DNA of 63,546 bases, the filler included, from Octopus bimaculoides (Eukaryota): assembly GCF_001194135.2 (NCBI RefSeq). It is 4 parts of 3 records of this genome, joined end to end, with 100 filler letters (N's around TTAATTAATTAA, not from the genome) between each part and the next. Parts side by side here need not be neighbours in the genome. Positions count along the whole stretch, not along the records: positions 30,271 to 53,001 come from NC_068981.1; 3 more parts are not named here. One strand, 5' to 3'. A program made the position numbers and the translations under genes. The notes beneath the pieces are model-generated. The model was not told the origin of the DNA and did no database searches. It worked only from the letters and a program-made list of their open reading frames with translations. Below, in pieces: positions 34,127 through 45,500 of the stretch. Numbering within the stretch: the stretch's first letter is position 1; each line of letters opens with the position of its first letter.

Positions 34127-34467
34127 GAGTACTGTTCCGTGATGGTTAGATCAATGAAAAAAGCACTCCATCTGGTGAGAGATAAGTATCATTTAATAAA
34201 CAACGCATGTTTTTATGTGCCACTACGAGTTTCATGTGATGAGAGCATGCAAGATAATATTTTTAATGCGTCTGGTGTCCTAGCACAATCGTCAGGTACT
34301 GTCTACATGACATAACAAACTATCGTCTCATTTTTAGTGTCATGTGTGTGGAACCTGAAGACTATGCTAGGTCACCAGACGTTAAAAATACTGTCTGGCT
34401 TGCTCTCAGCACATGAGACTAATAGCACCACATAAAAACATATGTTGTGTTTATTATATAATATATA

Positions 34468-34499
<32 letters not shown>

Positions 34500-34680
34500 A
34501 GTGTATATATATATACATACATATATGAACTTCTTTCAGTTTCCATCTTCCAAATCAGTCACAAAGCTCTGGTGGTCTGTGGCTAGAGTAGAAGACACTT
34601 GTCCAAGGTGCCATACAGTGAGACTGAACTCAGAACCATGTGAAAGGAAGCATACTTCTTGTCATGTAACTACGCCTGTG
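33786..34680 (-). mobile_element. SINE type A split at its internal microsatellite by an unclassified ~330-bp sequence
   Basis: 3' half at 33786-33990, 5' half at 34525-34680, same orientation and correct order. Confidence 0.75.
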
Positions 34681-37286
34681 TATATATAGACGCGCCCATG
34701 CCTACATGTGTATTTATGAAAGTTTATGAATTTTTTTGATTAATTAGATAAATATATCGTGTCTATTTCATGAATTACTACGTCAAGGAAGAGATGTAAC
34801 AGGTTGTACACCTTCTTAAATTTCTTCTTTACCTTTGACTTATTTCAGATTTGTCAATGAGTAATTGTCTCAATTGAACCAGTAATTAAACGAAATATAT
34901 ATCTTCATTCTCAAATATTAACGCTATATTGTTTAGATTATGTAAGTCTCTTTGAATTCAGTCTGTATATAAGGAATGATACAGACAATAAATATACTCA
35001 ATTCTTGAAAATGAGACTGTGAAGTTCTGGAAATATCGAAAATGAATTTTGAAACTTTATTGATCCAAACCAATTGTAAAGAAACCAATAAGAAAATCTG
35101 AAAAAGTTAAGACAAGCCTTGAACACATTCATTAATTTAATTAATTTTGTATACATATATGAAATACGCAAATACAATTGTATATACATACACATTTAAG
35201 TGTATGTGAACAAGCATATATATATTCTAAACATTTGATGATCCACACGTATTTTGAAATTTCCCACACACAATCAGCATTTAAATGCCTTCCATGGATG
35301 GAGATACCACCACACTTAAATACAAACACAAAGATTCCTTGTTTATATACTAGAACAAAAAGTGTGCTCACTGCAGTCATGTGGCCAAATGGAAGTGTAT
35401 AAACAGTGTAAATATATACTTATATATTTATACAAAAGAGGTTCTGAACGAAGTGAATGTTTAAACAAAGCTTACAAACAAGGAATTAAATATATATGTG
35501 TATACATACATGCATACATACATACATAAATGTGTGTGTGGGGTGTGGGTGTGGGTGTGTGTATTTAAAAAATGAGCAAAATGACGGGAAAATAAATAAA
35601 GGGTTTGGATCATAAATATATAACTGTAGGGAAAATGTATTTGGGTTGACATATATGAGATGAAAATACGTGTATATGTGTGTGTGTGTATGTGTGTGTG
35701 TGTGTGTGCGTGCGTGCGCGTGTGCGTGTGCTTGTGTCTACGTATATAGTATGTATGTATGTATGCATGTACGTATATGTATATGTATATATATATATAT
35801 GTAGTATGTATGAGTGTGTATATATGTGTGAGTGTGTGTGTGTTTGTGTGTGTGTGTGTATTCATACATGTATAAGCATGCATATATGTACGTATATGCG
35901 CATGTATGTATATATGTGTGTTCGTCTATATGCATGCATGTAGGCATGTGTGTAGATAACTATGTAATAAAATCTACATTGGTCTAACGTAATTCCATAC
36001 GCATTCAGCTATTCATAAACACACACACACACACACACACACANNNNNNNNNNNNNNNNNNNNNNNNNNNNNNNNNNNNNNNNNNNNNNNNNNNNNNNNN
36101 NNNNNNNNNNNNNNNNNNNNNNNNNNNNNNNNNNNNNNNNNNNNNNNNNNNNNNNNNNNNNNNNNNNNNNNNNNNNNNNNNNNNNNNNNNNNNNNNNNNN
36201 NNNNNNNNNNNNNNNNNNNNNNNNNNNNNNNNNNNNNNNNNNNNNNNNNNNNNNNNNNNNNNNNNNNNNNNNNNNNNNNNNNNNNNNNNNNNNNNNNNNN
36301 NNNNNNNNNNNNNNNNNNNNNNNNNNNNNNNNNNNNNNNNNNNNNNNNNNNNNNNNNNNNNNNNNNNNNNNNNNNNNNNNNNNNNNNNNNNNNNNNNNNN
36401 NNNNNNNNNNNNNNNNNNNNNNNNNNNNNNNNNNNNNNNNNNNNNNNNNNNNNNNNNNNNNNNNNNNNNNNNNNNNNNNNNNNNNNNNNNNNNNNNNNNN
36501 NNNNNNNNNNNNNNNNNNNNNNNNNNNNNNNNNNNNNNNNNNNNNNNNNNNNNNNNNNNNNNNNNNNNNNNNNNNNNNNNNNNNNNNNNNNNNNNNNNNN
36601 NNNNNNNNNNNNNTATATATATATATATATATATACAATATATTATATATGTGTATATTGCATATGTGTGTATACTGTATACCCATACACCTCTATCTGT
36701 TTGTCTGTCTTTCAGTCCGCGTGTATGTATATATATATGAAAACACACACACACACACACACGCACACACGCGCACACACACACACACACACACTCACAC
36801 ACATACAAACACACACATACGTAGTTAGTCATGCGTGTGTGCCTGACTACCTATGTGTGTGTGTGTTTGTGTGCGTGTATGTGTATGTGTGTACTGGTGT
36901 GTTAGTATGTGCGGATTTATCCGTGTGCATATACACGTAAGCATGTATGTATATATTTATGTAAGTATGTACATATATACATTAGTGTGCGTGTATTTAC
37001 ATGTGTGTTTACGGCTGTTTCAACGCCCGTGTACACATAAGCGCTCCTGCGTGTGTATTTAAATATAAAAGAAGCCGATGAGAATTAATGGAATTAGAAA
37101 AAAGAAAAAGATGCTAAAATGAACTATTTTTGCTGGAAATGTCGTGATTCCGGCTTGAAAATGTTATTTATTTTGCATTTCATTTGAAACGGTGGAGAGA
37201 AATAAATTTGAAAAGTGTCAGTATATATTAGCAGTAATTAAATCTTTAGAAACAGATTAGAGAGAGAGAGAGAAAGAGAGAGAGTG

Positions 37287-37336
<50 letters not shown>

Positions 37337-37358
37337 NNNNNNNNNNAGAGAGAGAGTG

Positions 37359-37394
<36 letters not shown>

Positions 37395-37932
37395 GTGGAG
37401 AGAGAAATGTGGCCATAATTTGGTAAAGACGTGAAACTTAAAGAGAACGGAAAGAAAGAAAAAGATGCTAAACAAAACAGAAAAAATATACAAAAAGGGA
37501 AAGAAATAAATATTGAAAAAAAAATGTAAAAAAAGAAGAAAAAATATAGGGATAATTCTGAAAAATGCAACCAAAAAATTGTGTACTATAATGAATTTAA
37601 TTGCGGGGGAAAAATATATTTGGAAATTTTAATATATGTCACGTGAACTTTGGTCTGCGGCCCTCTGGGTAACGTAGCGTTTTGATTAAGTTGGGATTGT
37701 TGCTTTTTTTTTTATCTCGTTTAAAATTTTTTATTATTTGTTTCAGTGATTGGGTAGAGTTGTGCTACGGTCATGCTGGGGCACCGCCTTGAAAAGCTTT
37801 CGTCGCTCAAATCGAAACTAGTATTTACACACGCACATTATAAATATATATATATATATATATGCCTACACACATATATACATATATATAAACATACATA
37901 CACACACATATAAAGAAAAAGGAGGTGGTCAG

Positions 37933-38064
37933 AATTTTGGATAATTCTTTATTAGCGCTCTCGTCTCATACATGGAGATTCCTGGAGTCTCCATGAATGA
38001 GATGAAAGCGCTAATAAAGAATTGTCGAAAATGAGATGAAAGAGCTAAAGAATTATCCAAAATT
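37933..38064. repeat. ~49-bp-stem inverted repeat plus partial direct duplication of the right arm
   Basis: TTTTGGATAATTCTTTATTAGCGCTCTCGTCTCATACATGGAGATTC-ctg-GAGTCTCCATGAATGAGATGAAAGCGCTAATAAAGAATTGTCGAAAA, then ATGAGATGAAAGAGCTAAAGAATTATCCAAAATT. Confidence 0.9.
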
Positions 38065-38190
38065 GAAACGGAAGCGACAGACAGAGGAAAGTGTCGGGCT
38101 TCTTGTTTCCAGCATAAATAGTAGCTTCCCGCGCTTAACTGTGTGTCTTTTCATGGAGACACCACGCAAAATCGTCTGCGTAACCGTCCC
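38065..38190 (-). pseudogene. possible Penelope-like RT fragment (YADD region)
   Basis: Minus frame GYADDFAW...TIYAGNKKPDTFLCLSL resembles PLE RT YxDD...TI..N.K..FLD.TL. Confidence 0.45.
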
Positions 38191-38192
38191 TC

Positions 38193-38470
38193 TCATCGTT
38201 TTCCAATATAAATAAAAAGGCACTCCACATCTCTATCGAACTTCGTTTGGAGGCTCAAACAGAATGGAGTGGAACGTACGATCCACTGGTCCATTATAAA
38301 AAATGCTGCACCGTATAACGGAACATCGTCCGTATGCAACCTCTGCCTGGAAAAAACCCTGGGAATCATCGCATCCAGAGAAAACGTGATGAATAGGCCC
38401 CCTGGGGTGATCATATCATGTAAGCATAAGAATAAAACGTCGTTTCTGGATTTTGAAACGAAATACATTA
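38193..38470 (+). pseudogene. Penelope-like element GIY-YIG endonuclease C-terminal fragment
   Basis: HSTSLSNFVWRLKQ...IHWSIIKNAAPY...VCNLCLEK...VMNR...ISCKHKNK matches the PLE pattern T.LS..W.LK...WSI...A.PY...C.LCL.EK...CRH.NK. Confidence 0.8.
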
Positions 38471-39311
38471 TAGAAGGAGCCAAACAAATATACAAACCAA
38501 TGAATATTTAGGATGCTATACACTATAGCATCAGAAGCAGTAGAAAAGTGACCATAAGAAAGAATCATTTATCAATTCAGCCAATAAACCGCAACAGCTG
38601 ATGGCTATGGTAGCAGTGCCAGATGACCTGTTGACATTAGAATATTTATTGAAAATAGACATGCCTTAAATGAAAACAAACGAATGTGCTACCCATCCTT
38701 AACATCTGCTGAAGGAATAGCAAAATAAGTCCAATATGTATACATATATATATTCGGTTTTAGCTCAAAGTTGTGACCATGCTGGAGCATCGCCGTTTTG
38801 CTACACTGTTATTATGGGAGTTTGATGCCGCTGCCCTCATTTGCGCCTCCTGCCGCGAAGTAGGTTCATCTGGGACTCTCGACAGGAAGAAATCTACTTA
38901 TGTTTTGAAAACACCTGCACCCTCCATGTGTAAGTCTTTCAGGCTGTTTGGGCGACTATTAAAAAAAATATTAATAGAAAAAATAATATATGTAATATAT
39001 ATAAAGCATGAATGTAATGTATGTATACACGTATGTAATACTTATTTGTATGTTTATATGCACGTATGTATAATGAGTATACATGTATATATTTTCGTAA
39101 ACGTATGTACATTTTTGTATACATGTCTGTATCTATTTTGTATACATGTATGCCTTATGCTCATATGACTAGGTATATTCATATGTGCATGTATTTTTTT
39201 GTATCTCTGTAAGTATGCATGTATGTATAATTTTTGTCTGCGTATATATACGTATTATATGTATCAATTGTATGCACGTCTCATGTATCATTATATACGT
39301 ATGTAAGCATT

Positions 39312-39376
<65 letters not shown>

Positions 39377-39669
39377 ATGTAGGTATGAAAGCATGTACGT
39401 ATGTATAATTGATGTCTTTATGTACATATAGATATATGTCTGTGTATCATCTGGCCAATACTATTTTTTTTTAAAGCGTAAAAAAGCACAAACACAAACA
39501 CAAGAAATAATTCTTTATCCATAAATATTTCAATATATAGATTTTAATTACTGTTTTTTCTGTAAGTCACAAGTTTTACTTTTCTCAAAGTGCTACACGG
39601 ATTTCCTTTTATCTACAGTGTCACCATCTGCCATCGATTTCTTCCAGCTCTTTCTTCCAGCTCTCTCTA

Positions 39670-40533
39670 ATTTAGACACAAGGGCAGTCATTCTGAAGGG
39701 AGAACTTTAGTCGATTACATTAACCCTAGTACATGTCTCAGCTGGTAAGAATGAGTAATCCGGCGACAGACTTGATTCCCGTTCAAGTGTGGAATATATG
39801 CACTAAGGAAACCGGGAAACCGGCCTGAGAGTCTATACGATTCGGGAAGGGTCTTACAGTATATTATTTTATAGACGTCGAAAGGGCGAAAGGCAAAGTT
39901 GACCTCGGTGTGATTTTAACTTAGGGTAGAAAGAGCCCTAACGAATGCCGCAAAGCGTTTCCCCTGGCATTCTATCGACTCTGAAGGCGGCGAGTTGGCA
40001 AAATCGTTAGCACGCCGGGCGAAATGCTTAGCGTCATTTTGTTTGTCGTTACGTTCTGAGTTCAAATTCCGCCGTGGTCGACTTTGCCTTTCATCCTTTC
40101 GGGGGTCGATAAATTAAGTACTAGTGGAGTACTGGGGTCGATGTAATTGACTAGTCTCCTCCCGCCTCGATTCTGCCGTCTCGTCCATTTTTGACGGCGA
40201 AAAGTTTAAGGCTTATTATACTTTCTAAATCCAGATCCCTTCATGGCCCACTTTGCCTTCCATTTCTCTGAGCTCGATAAAGTACAAGAGTAGCACTGGG
40301 GTCGATAGTATCAACCAAACCCTAATGATAGTTTCAAATTTTGGCACAGGTCCAGCAGTTTTTAAGTGGAGGGGACCAGTCGATTACATCGACTTCAGTG
40401 TTAAACTGGTACTTATTTTATCGATCCCGAAAGGATGAAAGGCAAAGTCTACCTCAGCAGAATTTGAATTCAGAATGTAAAGGCGGATGCAATACCGCTG
40501 AGCATTTTATCCGGCGATTTTGCCAGCTAGCCG
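39670..40533. mobile_element. cluster of SINE type C copies in alternating orientation plus a type B tail fragment
   Basis: C(-) 39670-39745 and 39862-39982, split by a B2 tail at 39752-39850; C(+) 39984-40165; C(+) fragment 40250-40320; C(-) 40333-40533. Confidence 0.85.
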
Positions 40534-40857
40534 TCACGAGCGGAAGTTGGGGAGCTTCATAGCAATATGTTCAGCTGAATTCTTTGGGGTTGAATAATTC
40601 ATCTCTGGAAACATGTGTATTTTGTTCACCATCCTTAAAACAAACCTTACTCAGGGACCTTTTGAGCAGGATGGGCTACTCGACCTGAAAGAAAATACTA
40701 ACTGGGCCCCACCCGCAGGGCCATGCGCTGTTTATCTAGATATAAAGTCACCATGTTGCGCACATATAGTTGTGAAGCATATCAGACGGGTAGTCATGAT
40801 GGGTATAATGGGCTTCGTATATTTTACCCCAGTGTCACTTTGATGCACTGCTCTCAA
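40534..40857 (+). repeat. family D non-coding interspersed element, copy 1
   Basis: Aligns with 42270-42620: CATCCTTAAAACAAACCTTA...GGGCCCCACC...GATGGGTATAATGGGCTTCG...CACTGCTCTCAATAA. Confidence 0.9.
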
Positions 40858-40874
40858 TAATTACAATAATAATC

Positions 40875-41232
40875 AGAAAAATGTAGGGCCGGTGGTACTT
40901 AGAACGAGACAGTGGTATACATATTATGGCAGAATGCCCCAAGCTGGCAAAGAAAGAATATAAGAAATGGAAGCACGACCTGTCTATAAACTGTGCCAGA
41001 AATGGGATTTGAAGCTGGGAAATATGGTACAATCATCGAGTTGAAAGAGTACTAGAGTCGGACGATAGCCTCACTTCGGTTTGGAACTGGAATCAGAAGC
41101 TGGCAAAAGAAAGAACTGATGAGCCTGGATGAGAAAAGACATAAAATACTGACAGTGCATGGAATAGTCCATCCAAAGAGTAAAACTGGTAAGTTTTACA
41201 GAAGAAACGGTGGGAAAGGTTTGAGATTACAG
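40875..41232 (+). pseudogene. R4/Dong-like LINE fragments: CCHC zinc knuckle, then post-RT segment
   Basis: KCRAGGT*NETV..HIMAECPKLAKKEYKKWKHD (40875-41065) and LMSLDEKRHKILTVHGIVHPKSKTGKFYRRNGGKGL (41115-41232). Confidence 0.75.
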
Positions 41233-41755
41233 AGACAGGATTTTACGTAGGATATGGGCAGTTTCTGTGAACACTATCTTTTGAATTTCTGCCATTTTGG
41301 GGTTTCCTGGTATCTGAGCTAGGTAGCAATCAACCCCTTTTGATTCCATTCCTAGGACACTTATGACAAACGGTATTGTTTTAGTTTTGAGGTTGCACAT
41401 TTTGCCAATTTCTATTTCAAGATCTGTTGTATAGTCAATTCTGAACTTCACATAGTCCGTCCTTAACGCTTGTTCTTATTTCGCTCATATAAGTGCTTCT
41501 GTCTCCAGGTCACTCCTTCGCATCAATAACTACCGGTTTTCTTTATTTATCTTGATGTTCGTCTCTCTTCCAAAATAACTGCCCGTTTTTTCTTTCCATG
41601 CTTTTTCTTTTTCGTGTTCTTTTACTCTTCAAGCTTTTCTTTCTCCACATGACACGGAACTTTTTCCACATGTATCAGCAATGGTTCCATAGCAATTTTT
41701 GCACACGACCCTAAGCTGTTTCTTTCTGCTTCAACACAACCTAACAGGTGTTTCG
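41227..41755 (-). pseudogene. R4/Dong-like LINE fragments: post-RT segment fused to restriction-like endonuclease C-terminus
   Basis: LGCVEAERNSLG...AWKEK...RSDLETEALI...EQALRTDYVKFRID joined to DLEIEIGKMCNLKTKTIPFVISVLG...EIQKIVFTETAHILRKILSL*. Confidence 0.8.
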
Positions 41756-41760
41756 TTCCT

Positions 41761-42013
41761 CATCCTTAAGCAAACCTTATTCAGGGACATTTTGAGCGGG
41801 ATGGGCTACTCGACCTGAAGAAAATTCTAACTGGGCCCCACCTGCAAGGTCATGCGCTGTTTATCTTAATGTGGGGTCACCATGTCGCACACATGTGGTT
41901 GTGATGCATGTGCCTGGTGTACCCTTATCTGATGAGTAGCCGTGATGGGTATAATGGGCTTCGGATATTTGTACTCCAGTGTCACTTTGATAGCATTCAC
42001 TGCTCTCTCACTC
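41761..42013 (+). repeat. family D element, copy 2
   Basis: Same sequence as copies 1 and 3, ends CACTGCTCTCTCACTC followed by (AAT)n. Confidence 0.9.
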
Positions 42014-42061
<48 letters not shown>

Positions 42062-42065
<4 letters not shown>

Positions 42066-42620
42066 GCCCGGATGCAGTACCAGGCAGTGGCTCTAATGGC
42101 TTCTGATCTTGACAGATTGGAAGTGCTATCATGTACATTGTTTTGTCTTGGTATAAAAGATGGACTACAGCAAATATTCTGCTCAATACCACAGATTTGC
42201 TTGTCAGTTATTTGACCTTAACCAGTTGAGCATGTCCCTTGGTGGCTGACGATATGTGCATCTCTGATCACGAGCAGAAATAGTGGGGGAGCATCATAGC
42301 CATGTGCTGAGAGGAAATCTTTGGAGTTTGAATAATTCACTTTTGGAAACATGGGTGTTTTGCTCAACATCCTTAAACAAACCTTATTTAGGGACCTTTT
42401 GGACGGGATGGGTTACTCGACCTGAAGAAAATTCTAACTGGGCCCCACCTGCGAGGACATGTGCTGTTTATCTTGATATGAGATCACTATGTCGCGTACA
42501 TATGGTTGTGATGCATGTGCCTGGTGTACCCTTATCAGACGAGTAGTCATGATGGGTATAATGGGCTTCGTATATTTTACCCCAGTGTCACTTTGATGGC
42601 ATTCACTGCTCTCTCACTCA
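42062..42620 (+). repeat. family D element, copy 3 (longest, ~560 bp), (AAT)n on both sides
   Basis: Begins AAATGCCCGGATGCAGTACCAGGC after (AAT)n and ends CTCTCTCACTC(AAT)n. Confidence 0.9.
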
Positions 42621-42745
42621 ATAATAATAATAATAATGATAATAATAATTTTAAAGAATGTACTGGTGTAAGGTCGGAACAATACGGATGGTACAAAGTA
42701 AACTACAAAAGAAAAGAAAACAGAACAAAGCTGCAGTTTTACTTT

Positions 42746-42790
42746 GTATTTCTATATTTCGGGGTGAAGACCCCCTTCTTCAGGACATTC
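42746..42790 (-). ncRNA. minimal type I hammerhead ribozyme motif in PLE pseudo-LTR
   Basis: GAAUGUC-CUGAAGA-AG-GGGGU(CUUC)ACCCC-GAAA-UA-UA|GAAAUAC: intact core, 5-bp stem II, palindromic AUAU in place of stem III, imperfect stem I. Confidence 0.7.
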
Positions 42791-43242
42791 GTAGAAGCTG
42801 TAGTTGGAAAAGGTTATTGCTCAGATGTGTGTTTGTGTGCGGGAGAGGAGCAGGGGATGAAAGAGGAAGGTGACATGCGCGGATTGGTGTTGCTATAGCA
42901 ACCAGTCTGCTTTGCGTGGTACCTTCTTGTTGTTAATGGCTTGTCTCAATTTGTTCAAAAGGAGGGCTTACATAATTCTGAGATTGCCCCTGTTGCATTG
43001 GGTTGCTTTGATGGAAACTTTGAAATTCTGGATTTGGCACTTCCTAAGATGTTTCTTTATTGAAGTGTCTGTCTGCATGTACACATTCTTTATTCGGATG
43101 TGTAGTTTCCTAGTAGTGCTCCCTATGTAGGATGGTTGCTATAGCAGCAACACCAGTCCGCGCATGTCATCTCCTTCCTTCATCCCCTGCTCCTCCTCCC
43201 ACACACATCTAAGCAACAATCTTTTCCAACGATCGCTTTTCC

Positions 43243-43286
43243 GAATGTCCTGAAGAGGAGGTCTTCACCCCGAAATATAGAAATAC
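43243..43286 (+). ncRNA. minimal type I hammerhead ribozyme motif in the inverted pseudo-LTR copy
   Basis: GAAUGUC-CUGAAGA-G-GAGGU(CUUC)ACCCC-GAAA-UA-UA|GAAAUAC; one stem II mismatch relative to the other copy. Confidence 0.65.
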
Positions 43287-43417
43287 AAGGTAAAACTGCA
43301 AATTCGTTGTTTTTTTTTCCTTTTGTAGTTTACGCTGTAGCTTTTCGCATAGTTACGGCCTTACCCCACTACATTCTTTAAAGTATACCTCACAGTGCTT
43401 CACCAAAACTACCTCAT

Positions 43418-43476
<59 letters not shown>

Positions 43477-43477
43477 G

Positions 43478-43876
43478 ATCATGTATCAATGATGTATCAA
43501 TACCAGCAGATGACAACGTTTCCCTAAAAGAAATGGAAAAACTTTCAAAATACAAAAACCTGGAAATAGAGGTAACTCGAATGTGGAATCTAAAAACAGA
43601 AACAATTCCTGTCATAGTAGGTGCCTTAGGTATAATAAAAAAATATTCAGACAAATACATAACAAAAACACCAGGACTTACAAATATATATAACAGAGAA
43701 AATTGCACTACTGGGCACTGCACACATTCTACACAAAACACTTTCAATACAGTAACCATAAGAGCACCACAGCAAACCACAGCACATACCCAAGGCGCAC
43801 AGAGCTGCGCTCGGTAGTGAAGTGAAAGCACGTTATAAAAATAAAACTACTGAACAATAATAATAATAATAATAAT
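43478..43876 (+). mobile_element. R4/Dong-like LINE 3' end (restriction-like endonuclease plus 3' UTR) within (AAT)n
   Basis: INDVSIPADDNVSLKEMEKLSKYKNLEIEVTRMWNLKTETIPVIVGALG, frameshift, KIALLGTAHILHKTLSIQ*; (AAT)n at 43419-43476 and 43856-43876. Confidence 0.9.
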
Positions 43877-44174
43877 AAGGACTTCTTTATTAACCACAAA
43901 GGTTTACATTAACAAAGAACATTATGGACAGCACAGGACAGAGCATGTATGTGTGAGTGTGTGTTGTTGTGAGGGTTTTGCGTGTTAACAAAGATTAACA
44001 AAATTTAAGAAAAAAAAATGAAGAAAAAAGAAAAAAGTAACACATGTTAACACTAACTTAAAATTACATTGGTTTATCACATCAGTAAAATAAACCAGTT
44101 CAAACAGGGTTAACACAGTATTTAACTTTTAACTTCAATATTCTAAATCTGCAATTTAAACACATGTAGACACG

Positions 44175-44177
<3 letters not shown>

Positions 44178-44247
<70 letters not shown>

Positions 44248-44250
44248 CAT
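44178..44250. repeat. (ATT)n microsatellite
   Basis: Direct reading. Confidence 0.95.
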
Positions 44251-44476
44251 TATAATGCTGACCCCTCCCTAATCATTCAAGTTGCTGGTGTTATTGTTTA
44301 GCTTTTAGCTCAGTCGCCTTCCTTAAAGTTTATTTTACGCAATTATACGCTTTCTCTGTTTATTTGTATCGTGTTTTCTTCTTCTCTTAAGAAGTCTCAC
44401 GCTCGCTGGGTAACGTTTCCATAAAAATTCCCGAAAAATCACTTCTAGCCGAAGTTTACAAGAGAAAAAAGACACC

Positions 44477-44560
44477 TCTAATATATACAAAGGAATGAAT
44501 GTCTGTCTGTACGTCTGTCTCTCTGCCGGCCTGTCTGAACGTGTAGTGTCTTTTTGTTTC
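44477..44560 (+). mobile_element. possible non-autonomous Helitron 5' end
   Basis: TCTAATATATACAAAGGAATGAATGTCTGTCTGTACGTCTGTC resembles TC..TATATAAA..(GTCT)n starts; no CTRR 3' end identified. Confidence 0.3.
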
Positions 44561-44879
44561 AATGAACGTACATTCATACATATATACATACACACACACA
44601 CATGACTATCTACTGATACATATATAGCTGGGTATACACACGTACATGTTTATGAACACAGATATATATATATACAAGTATATATATGTGTGTATGTGTA
44701 TATATATATATATATATATATACATACACACATATATATACGCATGGAGGCATATGAATGAAAGGATATTTGTGTAAATGGTAATACTTATGTATACACA
44801 ATATATGTATGTCGAATGGTTTTGTTTGCATAAAATAGCCTATACATACCCACGTATGTTCGTGAATGCGTGTATATGT

Positions 44880-45500
<621 letters not shown>

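Larger units (their letters stand above)
42650..43382 (-). mobile_element. Penelope-like element remnant: GIY-YIG fragment between inverted pseudo-LTRs
   Basis: 42650-42907 and 43131-43382 are ~250-bp inverted repeats; the spacer, minus strand, reads YIGSTTRKLHIRIK...SIKKHLRKC..NFKVSI...NLRIM*ALLLNKLRQAINNK. Confidence 0.9.

Noticed and set aside
34361-34400. CCTGAAGACTATGCTAG as a hammerhead
   Set aside because: No GAAA after the putative stem II.
38700-38740. CTGCTGAAGGAATAGCAAAA downstream of the PLE endonuclease as a hammerhead
   Set aside because: Altered core, no GAAA and no stem I pairing.
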